A DNA stretch of 64,000 nt from Octopus bimaculoides (Eukaryota). The DNA lies in NCBI RefSeq assembly GCF_001194135.2, contig NC_068982.1, positions 109,007,040-109,071,039 on the forward strand, in the 5' to 3' direction. Every line of letters starts with the position of its first letter. Within the stretch, counting starts at the first letter, position 1. Of the stretch, positions 12,106 through 25,588 are shown piece after piece. The notes beneath the pieces were generated by a model. That model was not told where the DNA came from and made no database searches. It saw nothing but the letters and a program-made list of their open reading frames with translations. A program made the translations under genes and the position numbers.

Positions 12106-13356
12106 CAGGGGTTGGACAAAATAATGGAAACACCTAGCATCATAGCATCATAACTTTGAAATATCTATAAAACTGTTAAAAGCTTGTTTATTTTTATGTT
12201 TTTTGATTTATCATTAGTGTTGCTTAATATGTTTTGCTAAAATTGCTGTTTCTTTTCAGATATCATCAGTAAAAGGTAATTAAAATTCATTAAAATGACA
12301 GACCTATCAGACTTTCAAAGAGGTCAAATTGTCGGTGCCCGTATGGCAGGTGCTAGCATAATGAAAACCGCTGAAATGTTTGGTGTATCAAGAAGTACTG
12401 TCTCGAAAGTAATGACAGCCTTTGAGAAAGAGGGAAAAGCCGAAACAAAACTCTGGAAGAAAACCAAAACCTTTAGATAGGGACCGTCAGACTCTTACGC
12501 AAATTGTTAGAAAGGATCACAAAAGTACAGCTCCAAAAATTACTGCAGAGCTTAATTACCACTTTGAGAACCGAGTTTCCACAAAAACTATTCGCCGGGA
12601 GCTGCACAAAGCTGGATTTCCACTGGAAGACTGCAATCAGAAAATTACTACTTCCAAAAACAAACGTTGAAAGACATTTAGAGTGGAATAAAAACCTACA
12701 GAATTGGTCCCTAGAGTGGTGGAAGAATGTTATTTTTTGGGACGAGTCATCCTTTACTTTATTTCTGACCACTGGCCAAGTATACGTGTGGAGACAGCCA
12801 AAAGAAGCATTTGACCCAAACTGCCTTCTTCGAACTGTTAAACATGGAGGATCTGTGATGATCTGGGGGCGCTGTATCTTGGAAATCTGCCAGCCCAATG
12901 GTTTCACTTCATGGCAGAATTAATAGTCAAGACTATTTATGCATTGTATCTGATCAAATTCATCCTGTGGTTGCGGAACTATTTCCAGAGGGAAACGCAA
13001 TCTTTCAGGATGATAATGTGCCAAGTCATACAGCTAAAGTTGTTACTGAATGGCACGAGGAACATTCTAGTGAAGTTGAACATCTTATCTGGCCACCACA
13101 GTCCCCAGATCTCAATATTATTGTGCATTTTAGAAAAACAAGTAAGGAGTCGATATCCTCCACCATCATCACTACAAGAACTGCAGACTGTTCTAGCTGA
13201 AGAATGGACAAAAATTCCTTTGGAAACAATTCAAACTTTGTACGAGGCCATACCTCATAGAATTCAAGCTGTAATTACTGCCAAAGGCGGTCCTACCCCA
13301 TATCAAAATAAATTTGTTTAAAATTTTAAGGTGTTTCCATTATTTTGTCCAACCCT

Positions 13357-13358
<2 letters not shown>
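12106..13358 (+). mobile_element. Tc1-family (DD34E-type) DNA transposon, full length about 1.25 kb
   Basis: 30-bp TIRs CAGGGGTTGGACAAAATAATGGAAACACCT / AGGTGTTTCCATTATTTTGTCCAACCCTTG (one mismatch); TA on the left, TG on the right. Confidence 0.97.
12295..13321 (+). pseudogene. Tc1 transposase pseudogene (frameshifts and stops)
   Basis: Fragments MTDLSDFQRGQIVGARMAG (paired-like HTH), WKNVIFWDESSF, VKHGGSVMIWG, FQDDNVPSH, WPPQSPDLNIIVH, IQAVITAKGGPTPY. Confidence 0.95.
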
Positions 13359-13436
<78 letters not shown>

Positions 13437-13734
13437 CCTGTTTTCAATGTAACAGCTTAGAAAAAGCATAACGGCAAGTCATTGTGACATTAATATATTT
13501 TTTAGTTGTTCATTTCTCCATTCAGAATATTTAACCAATCCAATGTCTGTGAACAACCAATCTTGTAAATACTCTCAGATGGCTGGAGCTATTGTTATGG
13601 TGGCTATACAAATGTTTTATTTTTATTTTTTGAAAGCAAAAACTTATTTGTTATACATGAAATGTCCATGCAGCTCTCTACATAACTGCATGAAATTGGA
13701 CAGTTATGTAGATTTAGATATTTATAGAAATCCT

Positions 13735-13980
13735 AGGCATGGTTGTGTGGGTAAGACGCTCATTCTGTAACCATGTGGTTTTGGTTTCAATCTCACTGTG
13801 CAGCACTTTGGACATGTGTTTCCTACTATAGTTCTGAGTTGACCAATGTCTCATGAGTAAATTTGGTAGTTGGAAACTGCAGGGAAACTTGCTGTGTACA
13901 TAAACATTGGGGTCGATTTGTTCAACCAAATTCTTTGAAGCAGTCCAATGAATGAAACAAGTAAAAGAAGGCAAAAGAAG
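13735..13980 (+). mobile_element. SINE family B, degraded copy
   Basis: GGTTGTGTGGGTAAG...CACTTTGGACATGTG...GGATTT/ATTTGGTAG...GAATGAAACAAGTAAAAG. Confidence 0.7.
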
Positions 13981-14149
13981 ATGGTGTTTTATAACAGGAT
14001 TTACTTTTATACTTTTACTATTTTACAGGAGATAAAATCCATTTCCCCTTGTGGACCTTCTTAAAATAATGAGAATTAATGTTTTTCTTACACTTCTGTA
14101 GGTGGTCAAAAAACTAGACAAAGTGGTTGTTCCAGAGGATTTTTGTTGT

Positions 14150-14335
14150 AGGTTTAACCTCAAGTCAGCCCTGACTGAGTAGATCCATGGTCAAAAGTGT
14201 TCCATGACCACTGCCTTTCTATTTATAGAACTGTATTCTTCAATGTATCCCACCTCTTGCAAGATGATGAAGTGTAATTTGAAAGATATTTGGCCAATAT
14301 TTTTGGATGGTTGAACAACCATGTAGAAGCTTCTA
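14150..14335 (+). mobile_element. Interspersed repeat family G (other copies near 27285-27425 and 32130-32300)
   Basis: Shared motif ...GATC...TG(A/G)TCAAA(A/G)G..TTCCA...ATGACC and ...GTG(T/A)(A/G)ATTTGA..GA(G/T)ATTTG across the three loci. Confidence 0.55.
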
Positions 14336-14339
14336 GAGG

Positions 14340-14890
14340 GTTGTTGTTCTGGGGAGGAAAGGAGAAAAGAGTAAGCTTAAGTTGGAGATGCTGAGGGAGA
14401 AAAAAAGCTTATGTGATGTTGTGCAAGGATTGTGTACAGTTTCTGTGTTCGGAAATTGTTGTGTTAGTAGCAGTAAAATTAGGCCTCTACTTCGGAGGGC
14501 TCATTTTGTGTGTGTGGAGGCAGATCTCTTGGGATGGTGTAATCCATGGATGTCATGAATAGTGTGGAGGGAGTAGACAAGCTATTGAGATACCATGTTT
14601 GGAGTAAAATGAGTAAAGTTGCATGAAAGAGAGAGAGCAGAAAGAAGAGATTAGCTGTGAGTGAGCTCTTATGTTAGATGGTTGCACTTAGTGCTTAAGG
14701 TGCAGACAGTGGCTTGCATAAGCTGTTTTGAAGAAAAAGAAGCAAGTGTGTGAAGAATGTTTAGATGTTGAGTGATGGATGAAAATTTGCTTTGAAACCA
14801 TGTAGAATAATGGGGAATGAGGTGAAGATAGCATCCAAGAAAGTTTAAATGGCTATAGAAGTAATAATTTAAAAATTTTATCTCCCCTTG
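14340..14890 (-). mobile_element. Inverted 5' part of a Penelope-like element ORF
   Basis: Minus-strand HLNFLGCYLHLIPHYSTWFQSKF resembles the N-terminal region of Penelope-like ORFs; it abuts the + strand RT part. Confidence 0.55.
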
Positions 14891-16800
14891 AAAAGAAACC
14901 AAGTGAATTCTATGTACAAGCTGTCCTGGGTGTTTCCTTCACTGGACCCAATAGAAGTCCAGATCTTCCAATTAAGGATGACCTTACCAACCTCATATAG
15001 CACAACTAACTGGATATCAAACCTGGACCTGATATCTTTTTCAATAAATACTGTTTCAGTTTATGCATCTTCAATTCAAACAAATGATGAATATGATCAA
15101 ATGTTACTGCATTAGAACTCAAGATTCTCTGGAAGCTCCACAAACAGTAAGACATTATCAGACCAGCTAACTAGGATGGTGTTCTCATAGTCTGGCAAAC
15201 TAACCTGTACAAGCAAGAAACTCTCTGCCAACTCAACAACCCCTTTTTCTACAGTAAGATATCAAATGAGTGCACCAACCATTACCCGAAGCAAGTGTCC
15301 ATTACTGTGCACGAATCTATTTGTACTGGCTCACTTCCACCTTCTGCCACTAACCATATTCTAACCACATCCTAAACTTCTACCATCTACTTTGTCCTCA
15401 AATTTCACAAACCAGACAATCCTAGCTGCCCTATCATCTCCACCAATTGAACTTCTCTTAGTGTACCTGAACAAATTACTAGCACCTCTTACTGCCTTAT
15501 CCTCTCACATTAAAGGTATTCACCATGCCCTAAACCTCTTCCACTCATTCTTTTTTCTGCCTAGACAGTCCAAACTCCTTTTCACCACAGCTATCCCACA
15601 CACTGAAAGCCTATCCACATTTAAATACATCCTAGACTGTTGAGCTCTACCTGTACCCAACACCACAACACTGGGCTTAGCTGAGCTCATAACTCTTAAT
15701 TGTATTTCTTTCTCTGGAAAATTTTACAAACAGTTCAGTGATGTTACTATGGGAACCAGGATGGACCCCAATTATGCATAAGTTTTTGTAGGTCACATTG
15801 AATAGCAAATCTTTGCCCAATTCACAGGACCCATCCCACAGTCATTATATTGACAATTGTGTTGGCGTTGACACCCTCACCAGACAACTGTTGGTAGTTT
15901 CATCTTTTTGTTCACTCCTTTCACCATGTCATGGAATTTAACTTCACTGTATCTGACTCTTCTGTTGGTTTTCTTGATATCTCCATCACCATAAACAATA
16001 TCCACCTGACCACCTCCCTTCTCTACAAACCTACTGACTCTCATTCTCCACTACTCTTTTTCTTACCCCAAACACTCTAATTCTGCCTTATCATTCTCTT
16101 AATTCCTTTGCCAACTCTGTAGAATTGATTCAGATTTCAAATCCCAATGTAAGAGAATGTGACATTTTCTCTTGAATTGAGGATACCCTGGATTAGTTGT
16201 GGACCAGCACTCTACTGGGCATAGGCCATCAATTGTACCACTGCTCTCCTATCCTCTGTATGGTCACTTACAGACTAGATTCCACTCTCTCATCTGCCTG
16301 TCCATTTTTCCATTGAAAAACAAAATAATCCACAACTTCCAAATCCTACTCCAATCTTAACTGCACCCTCTCTCCCTGTCTTCAAAAAGATGTACATCTC
16401 AGCAACGTCCTAGTAAGAAGCTAAATTGAACCCAGCCCTATGCAACCAGGCACAACACTGACAATACAACACTTGTCACTACATTAACAACAGAACAACC
16501 ATTGCTGTGCCTAAGTCACAGTTTCTCATTACCAAGAATTTCTGTTGTACATTTTCCAACCTTATTTTGCAGTGCTCTTTATATTGGAGGAATAGGAATT
16601 ACTTTTTGGAGCACATTTGAAGCATTCTACAACTTATGCCTAACCAGCCTGGTGCTATCCACTTCAACACAACAGGCCATTCTATTATTCACTGATCAGT
16701 TTGCAGTACTCTGCATACTATGGCACCACATATTGTTACTCATATTTATTAATTTGCTCATTTCATGATTCATGAGGGGTTAAAGACAAATTTAAAGCCA
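14890..16800 (+). mobile_element. Degraded Penelope-like retroelement (RT plus GIY-YIG endonuclease)
   Basis: Degenerate motifs in order: IIRPAN*DGVLIVW (KPADKG), KPDNPSCPII, YKQFSDVTMGTRMDPNYA, YIDNCVG, FTVSDSSVGFLDISIT...LYKPTDSHS, CSALYIG, HFNTTGHS. Confidence 0.85.
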
Positions 16801-17719
16801 CCCATATTTGAACCGAGAAATGTGAAATCCATAAGTAGAAGGCTGAACACTTTACTGATTAATTTTTACTGTAATAGCTATTATAGAATACCAATTCCAA
16901 AAACTTAGAAGGAACTGATTTCTGACATTCAGTTATAGGCTTCCAAAGTTTGACTTTTCCAGTTTCTTTAGATGGCTGCGAACTGTTTAATGGGAGTGTT
17001 TTAATGAGAATGACTGACTTCAGTCTTTCTCAAGACATTGCTGCCAACTAACTGTTGTGTAAGACATCATTATCATATTGGTCTACAGTTGAGGCTAATA
17101 CAAACTATTTAGTGTCTATTAGAGCAATTAGACTTGTCTTCCTACATAGTCATCATTGGTGTCTTTCTTTTCAACATCATTTCTTACCATTGCTGTTTGT
17201 GTTAATTAGATAATTCTGCATAATTTAGAACATTTTTGCATGATTTATCAGTGTAAGTGTTCATCTACTAGATGCTTCATCACTATCACCAATTATCCAA
17301 ATGGTCACAACCATATCATTGTAAAGTAAGAAGGGTATTCACTTTATAGTTTGCTGTTAATTTTTAATGGTTTATTTGTTGATGGTTTAATCTGAAGAAA
17401 AAGGTTATGTGCATGACCTCTAAGCACTCTCTAAAATTGGTGAGATCAATGAAGTTGATGTTCATTTGAAAATATCAAGTTGATGACTGCTGGAGAAACA
17501 TGAGCAGGGATGAAATTCCATAGGAGAGTGATTGTCTAAGAAGGAAAGATTGGGTGTAGTGGTTATGATGATTTCTGATGGCAGAAACACTGCATGTGAT
17601 TGCTATTTAGTCCTTTTACTCTCTGATTGATATCTTGCCTGCTAACTCTTTCTTATTGTTACCTACCCATTTTGTCAGACTACTTACTCTACCCTCTTTC
17701 TTCCCTTGGTTATATCGTG

Positions 17720-17920
17720 CCCTCTTTCTTTCCTTGATTGCATCCTGTCCTCTTTCTTCTGACTGCATTTTGCCCTTTGCTTCTCCTGACTGCATTTTGC
17801 TTTCTTTTCTCCCTATGACTACATCCTGCCCTCTTCCTCTCTTTGACTGCATCCTATTCTTTTACTCTTTCTGACTGTATCCTGCCTTTTTTTTCCTATT
17901 GATTTCCATCCTGCCTTAAT
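17720..17920. repeat. Degenerate ~28-bp pyrimidine-rich minisatellite
   Basis: About 7 repeats of TGACTGCAT(CC/TT)TGC separated by CT-rich spacers, inside a C/T-rich tract at 17630-18130. Confidence 0.6.
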
Positions 17921-18668
17921 CTATAAGGATTCCATCTTATTACAATTTCTTTGATATCCCAAGTCAAATTTTATATATTTTCTGTATTTCTCTCTCTCTC
18001 TCTCTCTCTGGTATACTTCTCTCTCTCTCTCTGGTTTACTTCTCTCTGTCTCTCATATATGTTCTTCTCTTTCTGTCCCATTCTCTCCCTATTCTCTCCC
18101 CCATTCTCTTCCTTCTTTCTCTTTTCATTCCACATATCATTGCCTCGTATTCTATGCATCTAAATGTTGTCTTTATGGCGAATGAGCCATTAAATATGCT
18201 GGATTTGCTTTTAGCACATTTAAGACTTGAATGAATGAATGAATGAATGATTTTGAATAATTAACATGTGTATGCATACATGCAAAGGGTGTCATGCAGA
18301 GGCATTGTTTGCTGGGCCACATTTTGTCAATGGAAGCAAATAATACATTTTTTTTGCCTGAATAATAAAGAATTATAAGTTAGCATTTCTTATTGTTTGT
18401 TTTTAGCTTTCTTTTCTCCAAGTATGTGATTATGCAATTTCACTATTTATGTTACTAAATATATATTTTCCCTTTCTTTCACAACGATGCAGTTATATTT
18501 TGCCTATTAATGTTTTCAAACTCTAAGTCAGCAAAAGTTTAAGTTCTCTTGCTAATGTTATGGGCTTGTTAAGATTATCTTATTTCTTTCATTTATGTGT
18601 TTTTTGTATGAATTACCCTCTTTATTCTGATTTATATTTTTTATTTAGATTAATTTTTTTTCTATTAG

Positions 18669-18741
18669 GATTGGTGAACAACCATGGCAATTGGTTGCAG
18701 ATTTCTAATGGTTCAATCTCTGATTCAGCAAATTTCTGATG
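18669..18741 (+). other. Candidate exon (73 nt) containing an ATG in strong context
   Basis: ttttttttctattag|GATTGG acceptor, AACCATGG at 18684, CTGATG|gtgaga donor. Confidence 0.45.
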
Positions 18742-19044
18742 GTGAGAGTGAAAAAGATAATGTCTTTAACTTGCTGCTGAATAAATATACCTCGAAGGAC
18801 AATGTTTTTTTTTTTTCTTTTTTTGATTTTGGTTTGCTCACCATTGTTTGCATTCTTGTCCATTGTACATGAGTGAAAGATGCACAATTGTTGAGCTTCT
18901 TCACAGTTTCTGTCTACTAAATTTGCCAGGGACCAAATTGACTTGATGCTATGATATAAGACTCATGTCCAAGGTGCTATGGTGTAGGATCAAACCTAGA
19001 ACCATGTGGTTGTGAAATGAACTTTTTAACCTCACAGCTTATAA

Positions 19045-19780
19045 TGTAATTATTATCACTAACATTTTATACTTTTTCCATATGAGTATGGCTTAAACAG
19101 ATCTGCTATGCAACATATTGTCAATTGTCTTAGTCTTTCATTATATCTTCTGTAAAACCCAATATCTTGAGACCTGACCATACCACTTTATTCCATATTT
19201 TTCTTCTTTAAGCACTCAACTTAGCACTTGTGACCATTTGCATTTAATGTCCATACCATCACAATACTGCATACTTTGGTTGATTCCTTTAATACCCAGC
19301 TGCTCCATCATCTAACTACTCTGCCTGTCTTGTAGATTAACATTACACCTCTAATGGGTCATGCATATTTAATTTTCCTTTACTCTCTAAAAGATTTCTC
19401 TATTGAATGCCAATGTTGTACCATTATGTACCATCATACGAAGAGAGAAACCATTTGTTGTCAAAAGATGCATATAGCTATCTTAATTTATTCTAATCCT
19501 TTCTACTGTAATTCAATAACTGAAACTATCAAAGACTACTAAGTTGTGCATGGACTGTTTTTCATTAATACCCCCACTACTAGCAACTACTGTGTATCTA
19601 CCACATCTGAAGATCCACTTTTCTGTTATTGTACTAGAGATTTCACTGCACCCTTTGCTTAATCATTGCTTGCAATAAGCATACAGTACCAAGTTGTTAC
19701 TCTTTCTGTTACTACACTCACTATCATATGGTACTAGAATGTTCTACTCTCTGGTACCAACTAGCTTTTCATTTTTACTA
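19045..19780 (-). mobile_element. Old RTE-type LINE fragment
   Basis: Minus-strand degenerate MMEQLGIKGI... and DLKILGFTEDIMKD, as in RTE ORF2 C-termini. Confidence 0.5.
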
Positions 19781-19933
19781 TAGTGATTTTTAGAATTTAT
19801 TTGAAAATTGTTTAATCATTTCATATTATCTAAATTTATACTGAAGTATAATACCTTATTTATTTTTATTTTATCCTTTTTTTCAATCCATTTTGTTTTG
19901 TTTACGTTTAATACAATTTTGACTTTTATATAG

Positions 19934-20010
19934 ATACATTCATTCTCTTATTGTTATTTGCTTGGCCAGCAATTTCCTTGTTCAAAATTTTAACCAAATT
20001 AATGATTATG
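19934..20010 (+). other. Candidate exon (77 nt)
   Basis: ttttgacttttatatag| acceptor and ATTATG|gtaaga donor; open in two frames. Confidence 0.5.
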
Positions 20011-20524
20011 GTAAGAACTCTACTGCTATTGGACCTTTCTGATAGCTTCTGTTTTTGTTTATCATAGAGATATGCTGACTTGATATTGCTTGGTTTCACA
20101 TGGAATGTTATTTTAGAAAACTGGTATAATTTACTGTCTATATTTTTTGTTTACTGTAGCTGAATATATCTTAAGGTAATTTTTTCCTGATAAAAGTGAG
20201 AGTTAATCTCGTAGACTCCATAACTATCTTCTTAATAGTAATAGTTCCCATTTTAAAGTGTTGTTTTATGGCCAGGCGCTCTTCCTGTTGGCTCTTACAA
20301 CATACATATATACTACTATTCTAATATACCTATTCTAAAATAGGACTAGACCAATTCTATAATTGGGATATGTGCAGTTTTTGCTCTAGCTGTATTATAA
20401 ATCTCTATATTTCTGGGCAGATAAAGCTGCTTTAACGATAAGTATAACTAATTTCTTTGCTGCAAAGCCTTTACTTGGCCTTGGATGGATGAATGTTAAA
20501 TTGACCAAAGTATGGTTTTAACTA

Positions 20525-20770
20525 TGGAGGCGCGTGGCCTAGTGGTTAGGGTGTCAGCACCATGATCGTAAGATTGGGGTTTCGATTCCTGGACTGGGTG
20601 GCATGTTGTGTTCTTGAGCAAAACATTTCATTTCACGTTGCTCCAGTCCACTCAGCTGGCAAAAATGAGTAACGCTGCGATGGACTGGCATCCCGTCCCG
20701 CTGGGGAACACATACGCCATGGAAACCAGGCCCATGAGCCTAGCTAGGCTTTAAAAGGGCGCATTTATTT
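20525..20770 (+). mobile_element. tRNA-derived SINE (CpG partly retained)
   Basis: A box TGGCCTAGTGG, B box GGTTTCGATTCC, CORE-like TTCTTGAGCAAAACA...CACGTTGCTCCAG, T-rich 3' end. Confidence 0.85.
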
Positions 20771-21525
20771 TATTTTTATGGTTTTAACTCTGAAACTTTG
20801 ACGTACTGAACAGGCTATAAAGCATCTAAAATATTTTTGTTGTTCTTGCCTTTATTTAAATTAGTAACTTCTGTCTAAATCATCATAGTTTTTATTTATT
20901 TACATTAATAAATAAGTAAAGACCCAAAAACATTTTCTCCACATCTCCCCAATTTGAACAATGTGTAAGTATGTAGAATAGTGAAGGATGAAGAGCATAT
21001 TTAGAATCAATCAACTTAGGCATAAATATCTTGTTTCTCTGTCCACATAGACTTATATTACAAATGTTAAAAAAAAAAACAACTCAAAAATCAAGCAAAA
21101 ACAATGGCGCTGCCTAATTATTGATGATATCATCTTCCACTACCCCTACACTTAAATATCTTTTATTAATCTCATTAAACATTGTTAGAAACATATTTTC
21201 GTTGAGATTTTTATTAATTGTTATTAGTATTTCTAAGATAGTTGGAATATTTAGTTTAGTTATTGAACCAAGCTCTGGTTTTGTGTTCAGCTGGCTGTGG
21301 ACTTTGGTTCTACACATTTATTGATTCCACCCTACAGGATTGGATTGTGGGTATTAGTGGGGGTGGTAGTGGGAAGTCTCTACACCATCTATGTGTTTGT
21401 GTGTGTGTGTTTTACTTCCTCTCATTCTTTTTTTTTTCTCTTTCTCACTTTCTATTTACCTATTGATTCCTTCCTAGGCATCCTAATGATTGGTCTGTCT
21501 ACCTTTACTTGATCCTTATGCCAGC

Positions 21526-21556
<31 letters not shown>

Positions 21557-23797
21557 ATATTCCTTTCTTTCTTTCTTTCTATTTCTTTGTAACTCTATAT
21601 CCTCTTCTCAAATATACAGCATACACTCTACAATTAGCTATCATTTAATTTTTTAATTCTATTTTTATTTATCATATTAGTATATTTCTCTGTTTTTTTT
21701 CTCTCTCTGTCTTCAAATATCTCACTATTTCTCTCTCACCAAATGTCTGTCTCTATTTTCAACTGCCTCTCTCCCTCTTTCTATTATTTGTTTAATTTTT
21801 TCTTTTAATCTCTCTACATTGGTCCTGTCTTCTCCTAATACATTCAGATAACGATACAGCAAACACAGGCGCACACACACAGACGTATGTGTGTGTGTGT
21901 TTGCGTGCGTGCACATGCACGCATATGTGCATGCGTGTGTATGCATCTGAAATAAATCACAATTGATATTAAAAGACAACTGTAATTGTCATAGTAACCT
22001 ATAGGGTGTGATTGCCATAGCCAGTTCATATCCTTTACCTAAATACACATCCACAAATACTGCCAATATGCTTCGTCAATTTACTATGTGGACAAACACT
22101 TCAATATACAGATGTTAGACAAGCTAATGGAAGAGCCTCTCTATGGTTGCTTGACCTACTAGGAATTGCAGCTAAATCTCATTTGAGATCAAGTTAGTTA
22201 ACTGTGATTTGACACTATACGTAAATTGATGCTTGGCTTGGATGGTCTGTCTTTGAACAGAGCTCTTTTATTTCATGTTGCTGCAGGTGAAAGTGAGAAC
22301 CAGCTCAGTGCTGGTGAAATGCAGGAGGGCTGAAAAGATGTCTTGTCTGCTCATAACTATATAGGTCTTTAAACAATTAGCAAAAGCATGGTACCATGTA
22401 AACATGTTTCTCCTCTACAGCAAGACACCTTTTCCTGTCGTTCTATTCATACTCTAACCTCCCATCATCTTCTTTAATATTATACCCACCCATCTACCCA
22501 CCAGATGAGGAGGTCTTATCTGGTGAATTACTGAGTGACTTCACTGATGCCGGTGCCACATAAAAAGCACTCAGTACACTCTGTAAAGTGGTTGACATTA
22601 AGGAGAGCATCCTTTGGCTCACTAGTTCCAGTTGAATCATCCATCTCATGCCAGCAGGAAAACAGACATTGAATGGTGGTGGTGTGGTAGAGATGGTACA
22701 TGGTACCACGTCATACTTTCCTGCGAGTGACAGCTTTGTGATTATCTGTTTACTTTCTGATAAGGCATTGGCATATATAATAACATGACTATGGTAATAA
22801 GGATGCATCTTATTTTTCTCAATTTTGTTTTCACCAATTTAAGATTTAAGAAAGCGAGTAGTTGGATATTTAACTGTTATAAGTATTGTTGCACCTCCTT
22901 TTTCCCTCTTTTATATTGAAAAGTTTGGACCCATCTCTAATAATTAATGAATGGCATCTTAACTATTTATTCAGATTCTCTTTTATCTGATTGATTCTCT
23001 ATTTAAAATATTAGACAAAAATTAAAAATTACATAATAGAGTAAGTTGGATTAAAATAAGTACTACGAATTAAATATATGATATTACACAATATGAAAAT
23101 TGATTTCATGAAAAAGAAAAGAGCAACAGGTCTACTGGCATGGCTCACTCCCCCTCCAGCACACTGTTTAATGTTATTTGTATTAAAATTTCAACAGTTA
23201 ATTTTTAACCTAATTAAAGAGTTGCTTCTTGTATGTAGAAATCACCAAATTGAAACAGGACACCTTATCATACTACATATTAATAGAATAGCATATCTTG
23301 TTAATACCAAGTAAATGATAAATTATGTAGTAGAGATAAAATAATACTGTTAAAATAACCCAAAAAAAAAGCAAGATTTATATGGTATCTAATTTGAGAA
23401 GAGGGAGTGGCAGTCATGCTGTAGTGTGAATACAGTCATTTTGTGAATAATAAATATGTGATCTGAGACCAGTTTCTCTTTCTCAAATCGTGTTTATAAT
23501 GTGAATTGTAAAACAAGGATTTTTATAAATCAATGGAGAGAGTCAATGTAACTTGCCTGAGTGTAGTTGTGTATTTCTTCTCATTATAAATTAAAAGTTC
23601 CTTTTGGCTCGTACTGCTTGTGTAATATAGCTTTCAATGTTAACTATATTTGTTGAATGTAATTCTCTTGCAGTGTAGTTTTATGTTTGTTATTATAGAT
23701 CAAAATTTAATGCAATCTATCGTATGAGTAGCTGAAATTTTATTTTTAGTATTTCCTCTTTCAATTTATTGAGTATAAATAATCCTTTCTTTTTCAG

Positions 23798-23858
23798 ATT
23801 AACTGTGTAGCTGATGTCTGAAAGAAAACATTCCCATAGAAGTTCTATAAATAATAGG
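23798..23858 (+). CDS. Candidate exon with start codon (MSERKHSHRSSINNR, phase 0)
   Basis: Strong cctttctttttcag| acceptor and AGG|gtaagc donor; ATG at 23814 opens to the donor; all frames upstream in the exon contain stops. Confidence 0.5.
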
Positions 23859-25588
23859 GTAAGCTTTATTTGCCTATTTCTCCTGCTATTTCATACCTGG
23901 TAATTTTTCCTGTCACTATGAACGTTAAGAAATGCAGATATTACCCATATTAAGAAAGGGGACAAAAAAAGAGAGAGCATTAAGGTTAATTTTGGTTTTT
24001 AAATGCTCATCTTGAAGGTCAGTGTTTCTTGAACAGTGAGGAATTATTCTTGTCTTACAAACTCTGAAGTTATTAATTCTTGGTAACCTTTTCAGAATAA
24101 CCTCTCATAAAGCAAAATTAGATACTAATAATGATGAGGAGGATGATAATGCTGCTATAATTTAGAATATCTGTAGTGCTTTTGTATTAAACAAAAAAAA
24201 AGTTGAAGAAAATATTTTTCTTAAAAATACCTGAAAAAGGTTGATAAAAAAAATATCTGAAATACTTTAATTATTGCTATTGCCTTCCTTTCTGTAATAA
24301 AAGTTATATTAAAATATTTCCAGCAAATAGTTTTTCAAACCAATATTAAATACATTTATTTGATATTTACATACATTATTGGTTAATAAAGTGAAACCTC
24401 TCCCCACCTCAGAAATTTTTGTGTGTGTGGTATGTGTGTGTATAAGCACAGCTATGTGTGTATGTCTGAATTTATGTGCATATGTGTGTATCGGTTTGAT
24501 CTTTCTGAAAATAATACCTAAACATTAAATTAAATGCAACTGGACTTAACATGGACAACCTACTTCCCCCTTGTTTATATTTATTACTGTCTAAGAATTT
24601 ATTAAAATTTGTGGCACACTCTTTAGAGTGGAGTGGTTTATGGGAGAGGAAATGAATTTCCTTTTATCAAGTTGAAATCTGAATAAAAATGGGGTGAATT
24701 TTGTGTTGATATCCTGAATCAATCTGTAAACCATGTCTCATTGAATATGGAAAATAGAGAATGAAAGCATCAGAAAAACAAAGCTAATCTTTTCAATTCC
24801 ATAATGCTTGTAAACGAATAACAAAATGATTGGGAAATTAATTGATTGAAAGCTTTCAGGAACAGCAGTGGTTTTAAATAGTGATTAGCCATCTTATTTT
24901 ATCTTCACTCAAAGGGGTATGGCTTATATAAACCTGCACTCTGTCTGGCAGTGTGCTCATTTGAATATTTTAATATTCTTTGGGTTTAAAAAAATGTTTA
25001 TAGCATGGACTGGAAGTGTTTATAAACGAATAAATATTAAAAAAAATTATGAGATTTTAGACCAAGCATTGTTAATTATATATTAAGCCTGTTATTGTAG
25101 GTGTGTGCAAGTTGTATAGGTCAGCAACATAACCTCTTTCTGTGCATTTCAATTCTGTTTCCTCATTTGTGAAGATGAATCTCCCAATACCTGATCTAAT
25201 AAAAATCTTTTCTCATCTGTGGGGCTCAACTTTCTAATGTCTAATTTAATGCTTGTGCAAGTGATACTAAGTATCTTTCAGTTTATTTCTGCTTCAATGG
25301 GTTTGATAGAAGGACTATATTGCTGTACTTTGCAATACATCTTGATACTGAGGCTTTGTTTCAGTTTAATGTGAGATTGGAGAAAGTTTTTGTCTCTTTT
25401 CCATCTCTTTTTCTAAATATATTATGTGAGTTTGTGTGTATGTGTGTGTGTGCTTGTGCTTAGCGAGGAATTTGTCCTGCCAGTTTCACTTGTCCTAAAT
25501 ATATATGTGAAATGTCTTCAGATGTATCTATGCTATATGATCTATGCACTTCACCAAAAAAATGGACTTATGATGATTATATATACTC

